From a virus: a stretch of 64,000 nt of DNA. Made by a program: the position numbers and the translations under genes. Positions 34,919 through 41,313 of this stretch are shown here, in pieces. The stretch lies in IMG/VR virus record IMGVR_UViG_3300005536_000001; one strand, written 5' to 3'. Below the pieces are notes generated by a model that saw only the letters and a program-made list of their open reading frames with translations, did no database searches and was not told the DNA's origin. Position 1 is the stretch's first letter; every line of letters begins with the position of its first letter.

Positions 34919-34980
34919 GGACTCATCAGCGTGCGCTTTACGCACGGACTACATCACCTCACGGTGGTGTAGTTTCGTCC
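34919..34980 (-). ncRNA. type II hammerhead ribozyme, copy G (62 nt)
   Basis: GGAC-GAAAC-UACACCACC-GUGA-GGUGAUGUA-GUC|CGUGCG-UAAAG-CGCACG-CUGAUGA-GUCC. Cleavage between 34947 and 34946. The 5' end abuts a TAG stop. Confidence 0.85.
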
Positions 34981-35156
34981 TAGTAATCTTCATCAATGAC
35001 GGTGATGAGCACCCTACCTGCATCTCCACCCGCTGATGCGATCACTGACTTAAGAACGTTAACCGCATCATTCCCATCAACACCCCACGCAGAAATCTCA
35101 TGCTGCGTGTTATCCTCACGCACAACCAGAAGAACATACTTCGTCGTAGGCATCAT
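34980..35156 (-). CDS. 58 aa hypothetical protein (cassette paralog 1)
   Basis: MMPTTKYVLLVVREDNTQHEISAWGVDGNDAVNVLKSVIASAGGDAGRVLITVIDEDY. RBS AGGAGAG. Bracketed by ribozymes H and G. Confidence 0.5.
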   Translation of the reverse strand: MMPTTKYVLLVVREDNTQHEISAWGVDGNDAVNVLKSVIASAGGDAGRVLITVIDEDY

Positions 35157-35171
35157 GCTCTCCTAACACCT

Positions 35172-35233
35172 GGACTCATCAGCGCGGCAGTAAGCCGCGG
35201 ACCACGTCATCTCCCGATGATGTAGTTTCGTCC
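35172..35233 (-). ncRNA. type II hammerhead ribozyme, copy H (62 nt)
   Basis: GGAC-GAAAC-UACAUCAUC-GGGA-GAUGACGUG-GUC|CGCGGC-UUACU-GCCGCG-CUGAUGA-GUCC. Cleavage between 35200 and 35199. Confidence 0.85.
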
Positions 35234-35406
35234 TAGTAGAGCGCGGCGGTGATCGACTTCACTGCCTCGTTGTTACCGTCAACTGCCTTGATGAAGTGTC
35301 GCACAGTGTCGATGGCGTCATCCTCACTCTCCGCGAAAACGAAAAACTCGTGACTGGCACCGAACGCACCGGTGACAATATTCACCATGTACTTACGATT
35401 CATCAT
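35233..35406 (-). CDS. 57 aa hypothetical protein (cassette paralog 2)
   Basis: MMNRKYMVNIVTGAFGASHEFFVFAESEDDAIDTVRHFIKAVDGNNEAVKSITAALY. RBS AGGAGAG. Bracketed by ribozymes I and H. Confidence 0.5.
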   Translation of the reverse strand: MMNRKYMVNIVTGAFGASHEFFVFAESEDDAIDTVRHFIKAVDGNNEAVKSITAALY

Positions 35407-35423
35407 GCTCTCCTAAACTCTCT

Positions 35424-35486
35424 GGACTCATCAGCATGGCAGCGAGCCATGGACCTGCGTCACCTCCCGGCAATGCGGTTTCGTCC
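35424..35486 (-). ncRNA. type II hammerhead ribozyme, copy I (63 nt)
   Basis: GGAC-GAAAC-CGCAUUGCC-GGGA-GGUGACGCAG-GUC|CAUGGC-UCGCU-GCCAUG-CUGAUGA-GUCC. Cleavage between 35452 and 35451. Confidence 0.8.
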
Positions 35487-35659
35487 TAGCCGTCGATGTC
35501 GACCATCACGTCGTACACGTTCCTGGTGTCGCCACCGAAGGCCTTGGCCATACGCGTCACGACGGCGACCGCAGCTTCCCGGCTCTCAGCGCGCGTGAAC
35601 ACCTCGATTGGCTCGTCGTGCTGGGTAACGAAGATGTGGAGTACGTAGCGCTCGCTCAT
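35486..35659 (-). CDS. 57 aa hypothetical protein (cassette paralog 3)
   Basis: ORF 35486..35722 trimmed to the ATG at 35659, which follows AAGGAGAG. Sequence MSERYVLHIFVTQHDEPIEVFTRAESREAAVAVVTRMAKAFGGDTRNVYDVMVDIDG. Confidence 0.55.
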   Translation of the reverse strand: MSERYVLHIFVTQHDEPIEVFTRAESREAAVAVVTRMAKAFGGDTRNVYDVMVDIDG

Positions 35660-35708
35660 GATTCTCTCCTTGTGTCCTGCACCCGGGCTGTTTTCCGGTG
35701 CTAAGACT

Positions 35709-35738
35709 ACAGTATCAAGCAATCATACGTATGTACAA
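35709..35738 (-). promoter_or_regulatory. promoter TTGTAC-18-TACTGT
   Basis: Minus-strand read, with the conserved AGTCTTAGCACCG leader. Confidence 0.55.
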
Positions 35739-35759
35739 CACAACTTGTGTGAACTTACG

Positions 35760-35933
35760 TCACTTGCCCGGCCTGAGCACCTCCGCCAACACCAGGGCGT
35801 AGAACTGCTCGGACCCCGGTTCGACGCTCGCGTGGATGTCTGAGACAGCCTGTTCGGCCCACGCAGCGAGGTTGGCTCGCAGACCAAGAGGATCATCACC
35901 GATCCAGAGAAGCAACTGGTCACGACTTGACAT
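35760..35933 (-). CDS. 57 aa hypothetical protein (LLxW(I/V)GDD...FYALVLE family)
   Basis: ORF 35760..35963 trimmed to the ATG at 35933. Paralog of 35920..36117. Confidence 0.5.
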   Translation of the reverse strand: MSSRDQLLLWIGDDPLGLRANLAAWAEQAVSDIHASVEPGSEQFYALVLAEVLRPGK

Positions 35934-36117
35934 CTTCGCCACTATCATCACCCCCAAGCACACGCTCGAGAACGAGTGCGTAAAAGCCCTCGCTTCGGTA
36001 CGGCACCGTGCACGTGTCCATGATGAAAATCATCGCGCCGTAAGCAATGTGCTTACGCGAGGTGTCATCACCTACCCAGGCGAGAAGTCGCTCCCGATTT
36101 TTCAGCTTCTCCATCAT
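35920..36117 (-). CDS. hypothetical protein (LLAWVGDD...FYALVLE family)
   Basis: 65 aa ORF. ATG overlaps the upstream stop. Confidence 0.55.
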   Translation of the reverse strand: MMEKLKNRERLLAWVGDDTSRKHIAYGAMIFIMDTCTVPYRSEGFYALVLERVLGGDDSGEDVKS

Positions 36118-36200
36118 CGCCTCCGTGCGCGTCGTACGAGTGCGATCATGATACCCACACTCGAGCCAACGAGTAGCACTGTCCAGAGGATGTTACCCAT
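36114..36200 (-). CDS. 28 aa single-pass membrane micro-protein
   Basis: MGNILWTVLLVGSSVGIMIALVRRARRR. Stop overlaps the next start (ATGATG). Confidence 0.35.
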   Translation of the reverse strand: MGNILWTVLLVGSSVGIMIALVRRARRR

Positions 36201-36208
36201 CAGCCCCG

Positions 36209-36439
36209 TCACCGTTGCCACTTCCCGTGTGTAACACCCTGGTCCAGTGCAACGACAAGAGACCGAATGATGCTGGGCTCATCTGCCTCAGACACCCTCG
36301 GAGCTAGCTTCCGTCCGGCGGTAACAATACCCGTCAGAAAGTCGCGCGACGCCGCGTCGGGCGCAATCAGAAGCGCTGAGCGCAGTAGAAGGTTGGTCGC
36401 AACGCGGAGCGATTCCTTCGGAGCAGGCTTGTTGACCAT
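36209..36439 (-). CDS. hypothetical protein
   Basis: ORF 36209..36466 trimmed to the ATG at 36439, which follows GGGAGAA. The track extension runs into ribozyme J. Confidence 0.55.
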   Translation of the reverse strand: MVNKPAPKESLRVATNLLLRSALLIAPDAASRDFLTGIVTAGRKLAPRVSEADEPSIIRSLVVALDQGVTHGKWQR

Positions 36440-36452
36440 ACGTTCTCCCTCT

Positions 36453-36514
36453 GGACTCGTCAGCACGGGCCTTACCCGTGGACGCGAACGCTTCCCAGCG
36501 TGCGCGTTTCGTCC
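36453..36514 (-). ncRNA. type II hammerhead ribozyme, copy J (62 nt)
   Basis: GGAC-GAAAC-GCGCACGC-UGGGAA-GCGUUCGC-GUC|CACGGG-UAAGG-CCCGUG-CUGACGA-GUCC. Cleavage between 36481 and 36480. Confidence 0.85.
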
Positions 36515-36527
36515 TTAGCCTAGGCTA

Positions 36528-36668
36528 CTAGTACCAGCCCTGCCCTGAGCAGGTGTTGCACTCGTCGCCATCGGGGCTGACGCCCGAGCCACCGCAGTCA
36601 GGACACTTCTTCTTCGGACTGTGTAGTCCCAGTGCCACAGGCAGGGTCAGCACGTTCTCAGGAATCAT
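36528..36668 (-). CDS. 46 aa DnaJ-type zinc-finger micro-protein
   Basis: MIPENVLTLPVALGLHSPKKKCPDCGGSGVSPDGDECNTCSGQGWY (CxxCxGxG twice). RBS GAGGAGAG. Bracketed by ribozymes K and J. Confidence 0.5.
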   Translation of the reverse strand: MIPENVLTLPVALGLHSPKKKCPDCGGSGVSPDGDECNTCSGQGWY

Positions 36669-36685
36669 CTTGCTCTCCTCACATC

Positions 36686-36745
36686 GGACTCATCAGTGCG
36701 GGCTTCACCCGCAGACCCGCTGCCTCACGACTGTGGGTTTCGTCC
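36686..36745 (-). ncRNA. type II hammerhead ribozyme, copy K (60 nt)
   Basis: GGAC-GAAAC-CCACAGUC-GUGA-GGCAGCGG-GUC|UGCGGG-UGAAG-CCCGCA-CUGAUGA-GUCC. Stem III is imperfect. Cleavage between 36714 and 36713. Confidence 0.75.
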
Positions 36746-36755
36746 TGGGCGGTGA

Positions 36756-37013
36756 TCAGCTCGGCTCGACGACCGTGCCGTCGGGGCAAGTGACGGACGT
36801 GAAGTCGTGCAGTGCGATGAAGTCGTATTCACCGCGTGCGCGATCTTCTAGCGCGGTCAAGCACTCCTGCACGTACTCGTACTCGCCAAGCGAAGAGTCC
36901 TCAGTGAGAATGAGCATCTCCGGGACGATGTTTGAATCGACGACAATCGTGGCCGTCTCGGTCGCACAATCGTCGTGCTCGCGCGTGAACGTGACCTTAT
37001 ATGCGTGCATCAT
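36756..37013 (-). CDS. hypothetical protein
   Basis: 85 aa. RBS AGGAGAG. Confidence 0.55.
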   Translation of the reverse strand: MMHAYKVTFTREHDDCATETATIVVDSNIVPEMLILTEDSSLGEYEYVQECLTALEDRARGEYDFIALHDFTSVTCPDGTVVEPS

Positions 37014-37052
37014 GCTCTCCTAAGTTCCTAGGGCATTCGTGGTGCTAAGATA

Positions 37053-37081
37053 AATATATCACAACACGCACTCGGTGTAAA
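37053..37081 (-). promoter_or_regulatory. promoter TTTACA-17-TATATT
   Basis: Minus-strand read. Confidence 0.6.
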
Positions 37082-37095
37082 CAAGCAATATGAGT

Positions 37096-37129
37096 GCCCG
37101 TGCGCCGATCTGTGAGCGCACGCACGGGC
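37096..37129 (-). terminator. GC-rich hairpin GCCCGTGCGC / GCGCACG(CAC)GGGC
   Basis: Lies after the stop of 37141..37407 and immediately upstream of the promoter. Confidence 0.45.
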
Positions 37130-37140
37130 TGCCACGCGAG

Positions 37141-37407
37141 TCAGGCGGCGATCTTCTCCGCCGTGGTGCGGCCCTTGCGAAGAACGATCGGCTTGACACC
37201 GTCGGCCGGGAGACGGACGAGGCGCGTCGGCCGGTCGGCGAGCGACTCGATCGCGACACCAGTCGCGATGAACTTGGCGTCACCCGTGCGGTTGAACGCG
37301 ATGAACTTGTCCATCACGTTCGAGAGGTGGCCGGCGGTCGCCTTCGCGCTCTCCATGATGGTGATGTACTTGCGGTTGACGAAAACCTGGACGGCGTACT
37401 TGGCCAT
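37141..37407 (-). CDS. hypothetical protein
   Basis: 88 aa. RBS AGGAGAG-N4-ATG. Confidence 0.55.
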   Translation of the reverse strand: MAKYAVQVFVNRKYITIMESAKATAGHLSNVMDKFIAFNRTGDAKFIATGVAIESLADRPTRLVRLPADGVKPIVLRKGRTTAEKIAA

Positions 37408-37457
37408 GATGCTCTCCTAAGATCTATTGTGCGTGACGTGAAACGATGTGGTGAAGA

Positions 37458-37724
37458 TCAGGGGGCGGTGATGTACTCGATGCCGTCCCACTGGGCGTCG
37501 ACCTTCAGGCGGTACGTGTCGAACACCTCGCCGTCGATGATCAAGTCCCAGCCCTTGCCGAACGAGCTCTTCGAAACCCTCATCTCACGACGGCTGTCGA
37601 CCTGGACCCGGCTCGTGGTGCCGACCCCGATCAGCGCGTACGACGTGCTGTCGACGCCCACCCAGATGAAATCGCCGGCGCCGGTCTTCTTGGGAACGAA
37701 GCGGGTCGTGGTGGCGATCGCCAT
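37458..37724 (-). CDS. hypothetical protein
   Basis: 88 aa. RBS AAGGAGAG. Confidence 0.55.
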   Translation of the reverse strand: MAIATTTRFVPKKTGAGDFIWVGVDSTSYALIGVGTTSRVQVDSRREMRVSKSSFGKGWDLIIDGEVFDTYRLKVDAQWDGIEYITAP

Positions 37725-37766
37725 GAGTCTCTCCTTGGATCCGGGGTGGTTCGTGGTGATATGATA

Positions 37767-37795
37767 AATCTAACAGGATCCTGCACTCGTGTAAA
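37767..37795 (-). promoter_or_regulatory. promoter TTTACA-17-TAGATT
   Basis: Minus-strand read. Confidence 0.6.
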
Positions 37796-37807
37796 CAGGC
37801 AACGTGA

Positions 37808-38107
37808 TTAATCGTCGAAACGTACTTCGATGATGAACGAATTGCGTGCCTGAGCGCGGTGAAAACCAGCGTACGCGTCTGTGTCCGCGCGTGCAATCTG
37901 CTCGTTACGAGCATCCACCGCGTTGGTCCAGCAGACGTCGGCGAACACCTTCGCTGCTTCCCGTGAATTGGTGGGGAACGTGACATCAACTCGTCGTGCG
38001 ATGCCGAACTGCTGGGTGCGAGTGACCTTCCACCCGCCCTCGATCGTCTGCATGATCGCGATCTTCACAGTCGTTCCGGGGACCGTGACGGAAGTGTTCT
38101 CCTTCAT
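37808..38107 (-). CDS. hypothetical protein
   Basis: 99 aa ORF. Confidence 0.55.
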   Translation of the reverse strand: MKENTSVTVPGTTVKIAIMQTIEGGWKVTRTQQFGIARRVDVTFPTNSREAAKVFADVCWTNAVDARNEQIARADTDAYAGFHRAQARNSFIIEVRFDD

Positions 38108-38147
38108 GTGAGGCTCCAGGGTCTGTGTAGTTGTTGTGCGTAAACTA

Positions 38148-38176
38148 ATCGTATCACACGCGTGTGACTATGTAAA
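38148..38176 (-). promoter_or_regulatory. promoter TTTACA-17-TACGAT
   Basis: Minus-strand read. Confidence 0.6.
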
Positions 38177-38190
38177 CCACCACGTGTGAT

Positions 38191-38391
38191 TTATGCAACG
38201 AGCTTCTCACCGTTGCGGAATTCGGCGATCACGTCGAGCCCGGACTCGTCCATCACCCTGATGAGGCGGCCCGTGAAGGTGCTCTGCGACAGCTCACGCG
38301 CCCGGTCCTCGGCACTCTCGACGCAAAAGCCCTCACCGATGAGCGAACCCATGAGCGTAACGTCATAGCGAATCGCGGTCTTCGTGGGCAT
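38191..38391 (-). CDS. hypothetical protein
   Basis: 66 aa ORF. Confidence 0.5.
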   Translation of the reverse strand: MPTKTAIRYDVTLMGSLIGEGFCVESAEDRARELSQSTFTGRLIRVMDESGLDVIAEFRNGEKLVA

Positions 38392-38430
38392 GTCGTCTCC
38401 CGTGTTCGTGGTGGTTTCCTGCTAGTGACT

Positions 38431-38459
38431 ACTTTATCACGACACCACGTGAATGTAAA
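38431..38459 (-). promoter_or_regulatory. promoter TTTACA-17-TAAAGT
   Basis: Minus-strand read. Confidence 0.6.
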
Positions 38460-38465
38460 CAAGCA

Positions 38466-38497
38466 AAAGTGGGAGACCCCGTAGGATCTCCCACTTT
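38466..38497 (-). terminator. intrinsic terminator AAAGTGGGAGA / TCTCCCACTTT plus U tract
   Basis: 11 bp stem. On the minus strand it is followed by UUUUGCUUG. Confidence 0.7.
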
Positions 38498-38506
38498 CAC
38501 CCGCTC

Positions 38507-38677
38507 CTAGCGATCACGACACAGCGCGTCGAGCACCAGTCGCAGGTCAGAGGCGCGCAACTCCTTGTGGTTCGCCTTGTGGAGCACCTCTTGGTCCACC
38601 CCACCCAACGTCTTGAATTCGTCGAGCCAGGCGCGCACTCGCGTCACCGCATCGCTGACCTTGTCATCGTGTTCCAT
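38507..38677 (-). CDS. 56 aa hypothetical protein
   Basis: MEHDDKVSDAVTRVRAWLDEFKTLGG... RBS AGGAGAG-N4-ATG. Below the ORF-track cutoff. Confidence 0.45.
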   Translation of the reverse strand: MEHDDKVSDAVTRVRAWLDEFKTLGGVDQEVLHKANHKELRASDLRLVLDALCRDR

Positions 38678-38712
38678 GTTGCTCTCCTAAAGTCTTTTAC
38701 GGTGTTAAGACT

Positions 38713-38740
38713 ACAATACTAGGCAATCACACTAATGCAA
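38713..38740 (-). promoter_or_regulatory. promoter TTGCAT-16-TATTGT
   Basis: Minus-strand read, with AGTCTTAACACCG leader. Confidence 0.6.
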
Positions 38741-38746
38741 ACCAGC

Positions 38747-39058
38747 TCAGACACGGGCGGCGAACGTGACGTACATGTCAATCATCGTGGTGACGGCCTT
38801 CGCCTTGCTCGTTTGGACGAAGTTGCTCCGTGCGCAGGTGCGCGTCACGTTGGCAGCCACACGGGCAGCGTTCGTCATCTCCCAGCTCCAGCCCTTCTTG
38901 ACCGTCTGACCCACGCGAATCATGCCAGACATCTTGTACGTGGTGGTCGTGTCCTTGCGGACGGTGCCGATCACGGTCTTGTCCATGGTGACGGTCCAGA
39001 GGGTCTCGCCATCGTAGTCGACCTTGTCGGACTTCGTAACCGTGATCGTGGCAGCCAT
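38747..39058 (-). CDS. hypothetical protein
   Basis: 103 aa. RBS AGGAGAG-N4-ATG. Confidence 0.55.
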   Translation of the reverse strand: MAATITVTKSDKVDYDGETLWTVTMDKTVIGTVRKDTTTTYKMSGMIRVGQTVKKGWSWEMTNAARVAANVTRTCARSNFVQTSKAKAVTTMIDMYVTFAARV

Positions 39059-39095
39059 CGTGCTCTCCTAAGTTCTGGTTTTCGGTGCTAAGACA

Positions 39096-39123
39096 AATCT
39101 ATCACGTCTTCACACTAATGCAA
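39096..39123 (-). promoter_or_regulatory. promoter TTGCAT-16-TAGATT
   Basis: Minus-strand read, with GTCTTAGCACCGAAA leader. Confidence 0.6.
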
Positions 39124-39131
39124 ACAAGAAA

Positions 39132-39157
39132 GTGGGAGAAACTTTCGTCTCTCCCAC
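39132..39157 (-). terminator. intrinsic terminator GTGGGAGA / TCTCCCAC plus U-rich tail
   Basis: 8 bp stem followed on the minus strand by UUUCUUGUUUG. Confidence 0.6.
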
Positions 39158-39172
39158 CGTCTCGCTTACTCG

Positions 39173-39421
39173 TTACTTCTGCGCGTCGTTCTCACGTTGA
39201 CGCGCAAGCGCTTTACGCAAGTTCAACGCGATGATGGAGCCGTACGCGATCGCCGAGACGAGAAAGCCGTACTGCTTCGTCACGATCGCGTAGATGAACC
39301 ACAGGATCTGCGCAGCCGCACCAACGACCCAACCCGCAATCGTGGCGCGGCCTCCTCGTCCCGCGAGATACAGACCGGTGACACCGACGACCATCAAGCC
39401 CCACGACCATAACTGATGCAC
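39173..39421 (-). CDS. three-TM membrane protein
   Basis: 82 aa with GTG start. WGLMVVGVTGLYLAG, IAGWVVGAAAQILWFIYAIV, GFLVSAIAYGSIIAL. Confidence 0.55.
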   Translation of the reverse strand: MHQLWSWGLMVVGVTGLYLAGRGGRATIAGWVVGAAAQILWFIYAIVTKQYGFLVSAIAYGSIIALNLRKALARQRENDAQK

Positions 39422-39456
39422 GTGCTCTCCTTATTCCTACGAGTGGTGCAAGACTA

Positions 39457-39485
39457 ACTCTATCATAAGTCATATTACTGTGCAA
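39457..39485 (-). promoter_or_regulatory. promoter TTGCAC-17-TAGAGT
   Basis: Minus-strand read. Confidence 0.55.
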
Positions 39486-39486
39486 A

Positions 39487-40842
39487 CTATCGCTTGCACA
39501 TATTCGGCTGGACCTTCGTGGAGAACGCCTTGCGGATGATTGGGTCTAGTGAGGTGAACAGCCGTCGCTGGTCGTCGTTATCCTGAGTGTCCCACGTCCA
39601 CCCAAGTGCTCCCTTCGCTCCAGCGCCAACACCACATGATGCCGCCCTCGCACTTCGCATCCCGTTACCCGCTGCTATCGGGTCATTCGCGTACACGTCG
39701 CGGAACGCACCAAGCTCGCCGATGAACCACGGCTTGTTCGTGATGAGATGCGCCTCCGCTGAGCGAAGATCACTCGCCACGTCATACGTACCAGCACGTG
39801 GGTACAGGTGGATATCCACCACGTCGACCGCACCGTACATCGCTGCGATAAGACCGCGTGCCGGGTAACGGTAGTCCAGTGAGACATCACATGCTGTGCT
39901 ACAGCTCGTCATCAACCCGCTTGGGCCGTCTCCCTTACCCACAGCCTGATGGCCATAGAACCCCATCATCAGCTTCCCGTTTGGGTCTCCCTCAAGCAAG
40001 CCTGCCTTCGCCTCAAGCGTGTATCGCACCAGCGTGGCGTCGGCTGCCTGCTGCCGCTCACTTGGGATGCTCATATCGTACGTTCCACCATCAGACGGTG
40101 TGATGGTTCCGCTTGACATGCTCCACGGAAGCTTGTTCGTGGGGTAGTAGGCCTCATTCTCAGCCTCGTATGCGATGATCACGCTGCTGTTCTCCTGCCC
40201 AATGCGTGAAAGCAGGCCCGTGCTGAACTGCTTCAGGTACTCTCGCTTCGCTGCAACGTATCCCGTGTCCATGAAGAGAGCGTTACGTCCCTCGATGTTC
40301 GGCGTCCTTGGCGTCACGCTGCAGGTGCCATTTCCCTGGACGATCCTGAAGTAGAAGCAGTTCTGTGGGAACCTGTACGTCACGGGAATGACGTAAATCT
40401 TGTTCGCAATCGCTCGCTTGACGAAGTCCGCGACATTGTCCATATATGCGGGGTCGTATGAACGCTCGTCCTCAGTGCCCCGGTCAATACCATGAAGGTC
40501 ACCCACCTGCGAATCAAGGGGGCGACCTTCGTCGATGAAGATTCGTACGACGTTGTTACCGTCTGCTACCTGGGCCTTCAGCATCGTCTCCATCGCGTTG
40601 CCGTCGTACTGCCCAGGCTCGAAGTGCGAAAGATACCACACGCCTCCACTGTCGTGCAATCGTAGGTAGTTCGTGCCGCGCAGAATGAATGCGGCTCCGG
40701 TGCTGCTCTTGGTGAAGCCAGTGCTCGAGAAACTGATTCGTGGGAGCGGGGTCACGGCGGGTGCCGCTTCCGCCAGTGGCTGAACGCAAGCGCCCAGTGC
40801 GAGACATGCGAACAGTGCGCTCGCTGTCCGTGTGATCTTCAT
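39487..40842 (-). CDS. secreted lipoprotein, GH5-like glycoside hydrolase
   Basis: ORF 39487..40854 trimmed to the ATG at 40842, which follows GGAGAA. Signal peptide MKITRTASALFACLALGAC (lipobox). TIM-barrel hydrolase-like motifs VVRIFIDEG and IIAYEAENEAYY. Confidence 0.6.
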   Translation of the reverse strand: MKITRTASALFACLALGACVQPLAEAAPAVTPLPRISFSSTGFTKSSTGAAFILRGTNYLRLHDSGGVWYLSHFEPGQYDGNAMETMLKAQVADGNNVVRIFIDEGRPLDSQVGDLHGIDRGTEDERSYDPAYMDNVADFVKRAIANKIYVIPVTYRFPQNCFYFRIVQGNGTCSVTPRTPNIEGRNALFMDTGYVAAKREYLKQFSTGLLSRIGQENSSVIIAYEAENEAYYPTNKLPWSMSSGTITPSDGGTYDMSIPSERQQAADATLVRYTLEAKAGLLEGDPNGKLMMGFYGHQAVGKGDGPSGLMTSCSTACDVSLDYRYPARGLIAAMYGAVDVVDIHLYPRAGTYDVASDLRSAEAHLITNKPWFIGELGAFRDVYANDPIAAGNGMRSARAASCGVGAGAKGALGWTWDTQDNDDQRRLFTSLDPIIRKAFSTKVQPNMCKR

Positions 40843-41001
40843 GCTGTTCTCCATTGCCTATGACATGTGTATTGTGATACCGACGGTAACACATCCCATC
40901 ATTCTCAGCAACAAGAGGCATGCGTGCACCGGCCTTGGGTCCAGTGTGACACTCGCACCAGCAATCCTGTGGACACAGGTACCAGCACGGCTGGGTGCAC
41001 T

Positions 41002-41313
41002 TCAATGGCGCCACGGAACCCATCCTGACTTCACGTTGATGTCGTACTCGCGGTTCCTTCGTGCGTGCAACCGAAATGTCAAGCCGACACGCGTGAATGT
41101 GACATCCCATCCTTCAAGGCGAAGCTTCTTCGCGAACGTGCGAATGAATATGTACACCGCGATGCGGTCAGTGACAGCTGCGAGAACGATGTACGCGATA
41201 AGCCAACTGAGAATCTCCATCACTGCGTCACCTCGCATATCGGCCACGTACATGTCTTTGTCAGACACGGCAGCGGGCCAATAAGCGTTGACCACTGCGA
41301 CTTCTCTGGGCAT
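41002..41313 (-). CDS. membrane protein (start uncertain)
   Basis: 103 aa ORF. TM helix ILSWLIAYIVLAAVTDRIAVYIFI. Confidence 0.45.
   Translation of the reverse strand: MPREVAVVNAYWPAAVSDKDMYVADMRGDAVMEILSWLIAYIVLAAVTDRIAVYIFIRTFAKKLRLEGWDVTFTRVGLTFRLHARRNREYDINVKSGWVPWRH

Noticed and set aside
34909-34926. N-terminal extensions in the ORF track that start at the AUG inside CUGAUGA (also 36440-36466 and 23939-24040)
   Set aside because: The start codon lies within the ribozyme core and has no RBS. A family-type RBS and start lies just downstream.
37408-37457. Expected promoter in the gap before 37141..37407
   Set aside because: No -35/-10 pair with acceptable spacing is present. The gene is probably co-transcribed from the 37767-37795 promoter.
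40556-41110. 184 aa ORF with Cys-rich segment CTQPCWYLCPQDCWCECH
   Set aside because: It overlaps the first 300 nt of the GH5-like gene, whose signal peptide is convincing. It could only be real as a short upstream peptide, and no in-frame stop supports that.
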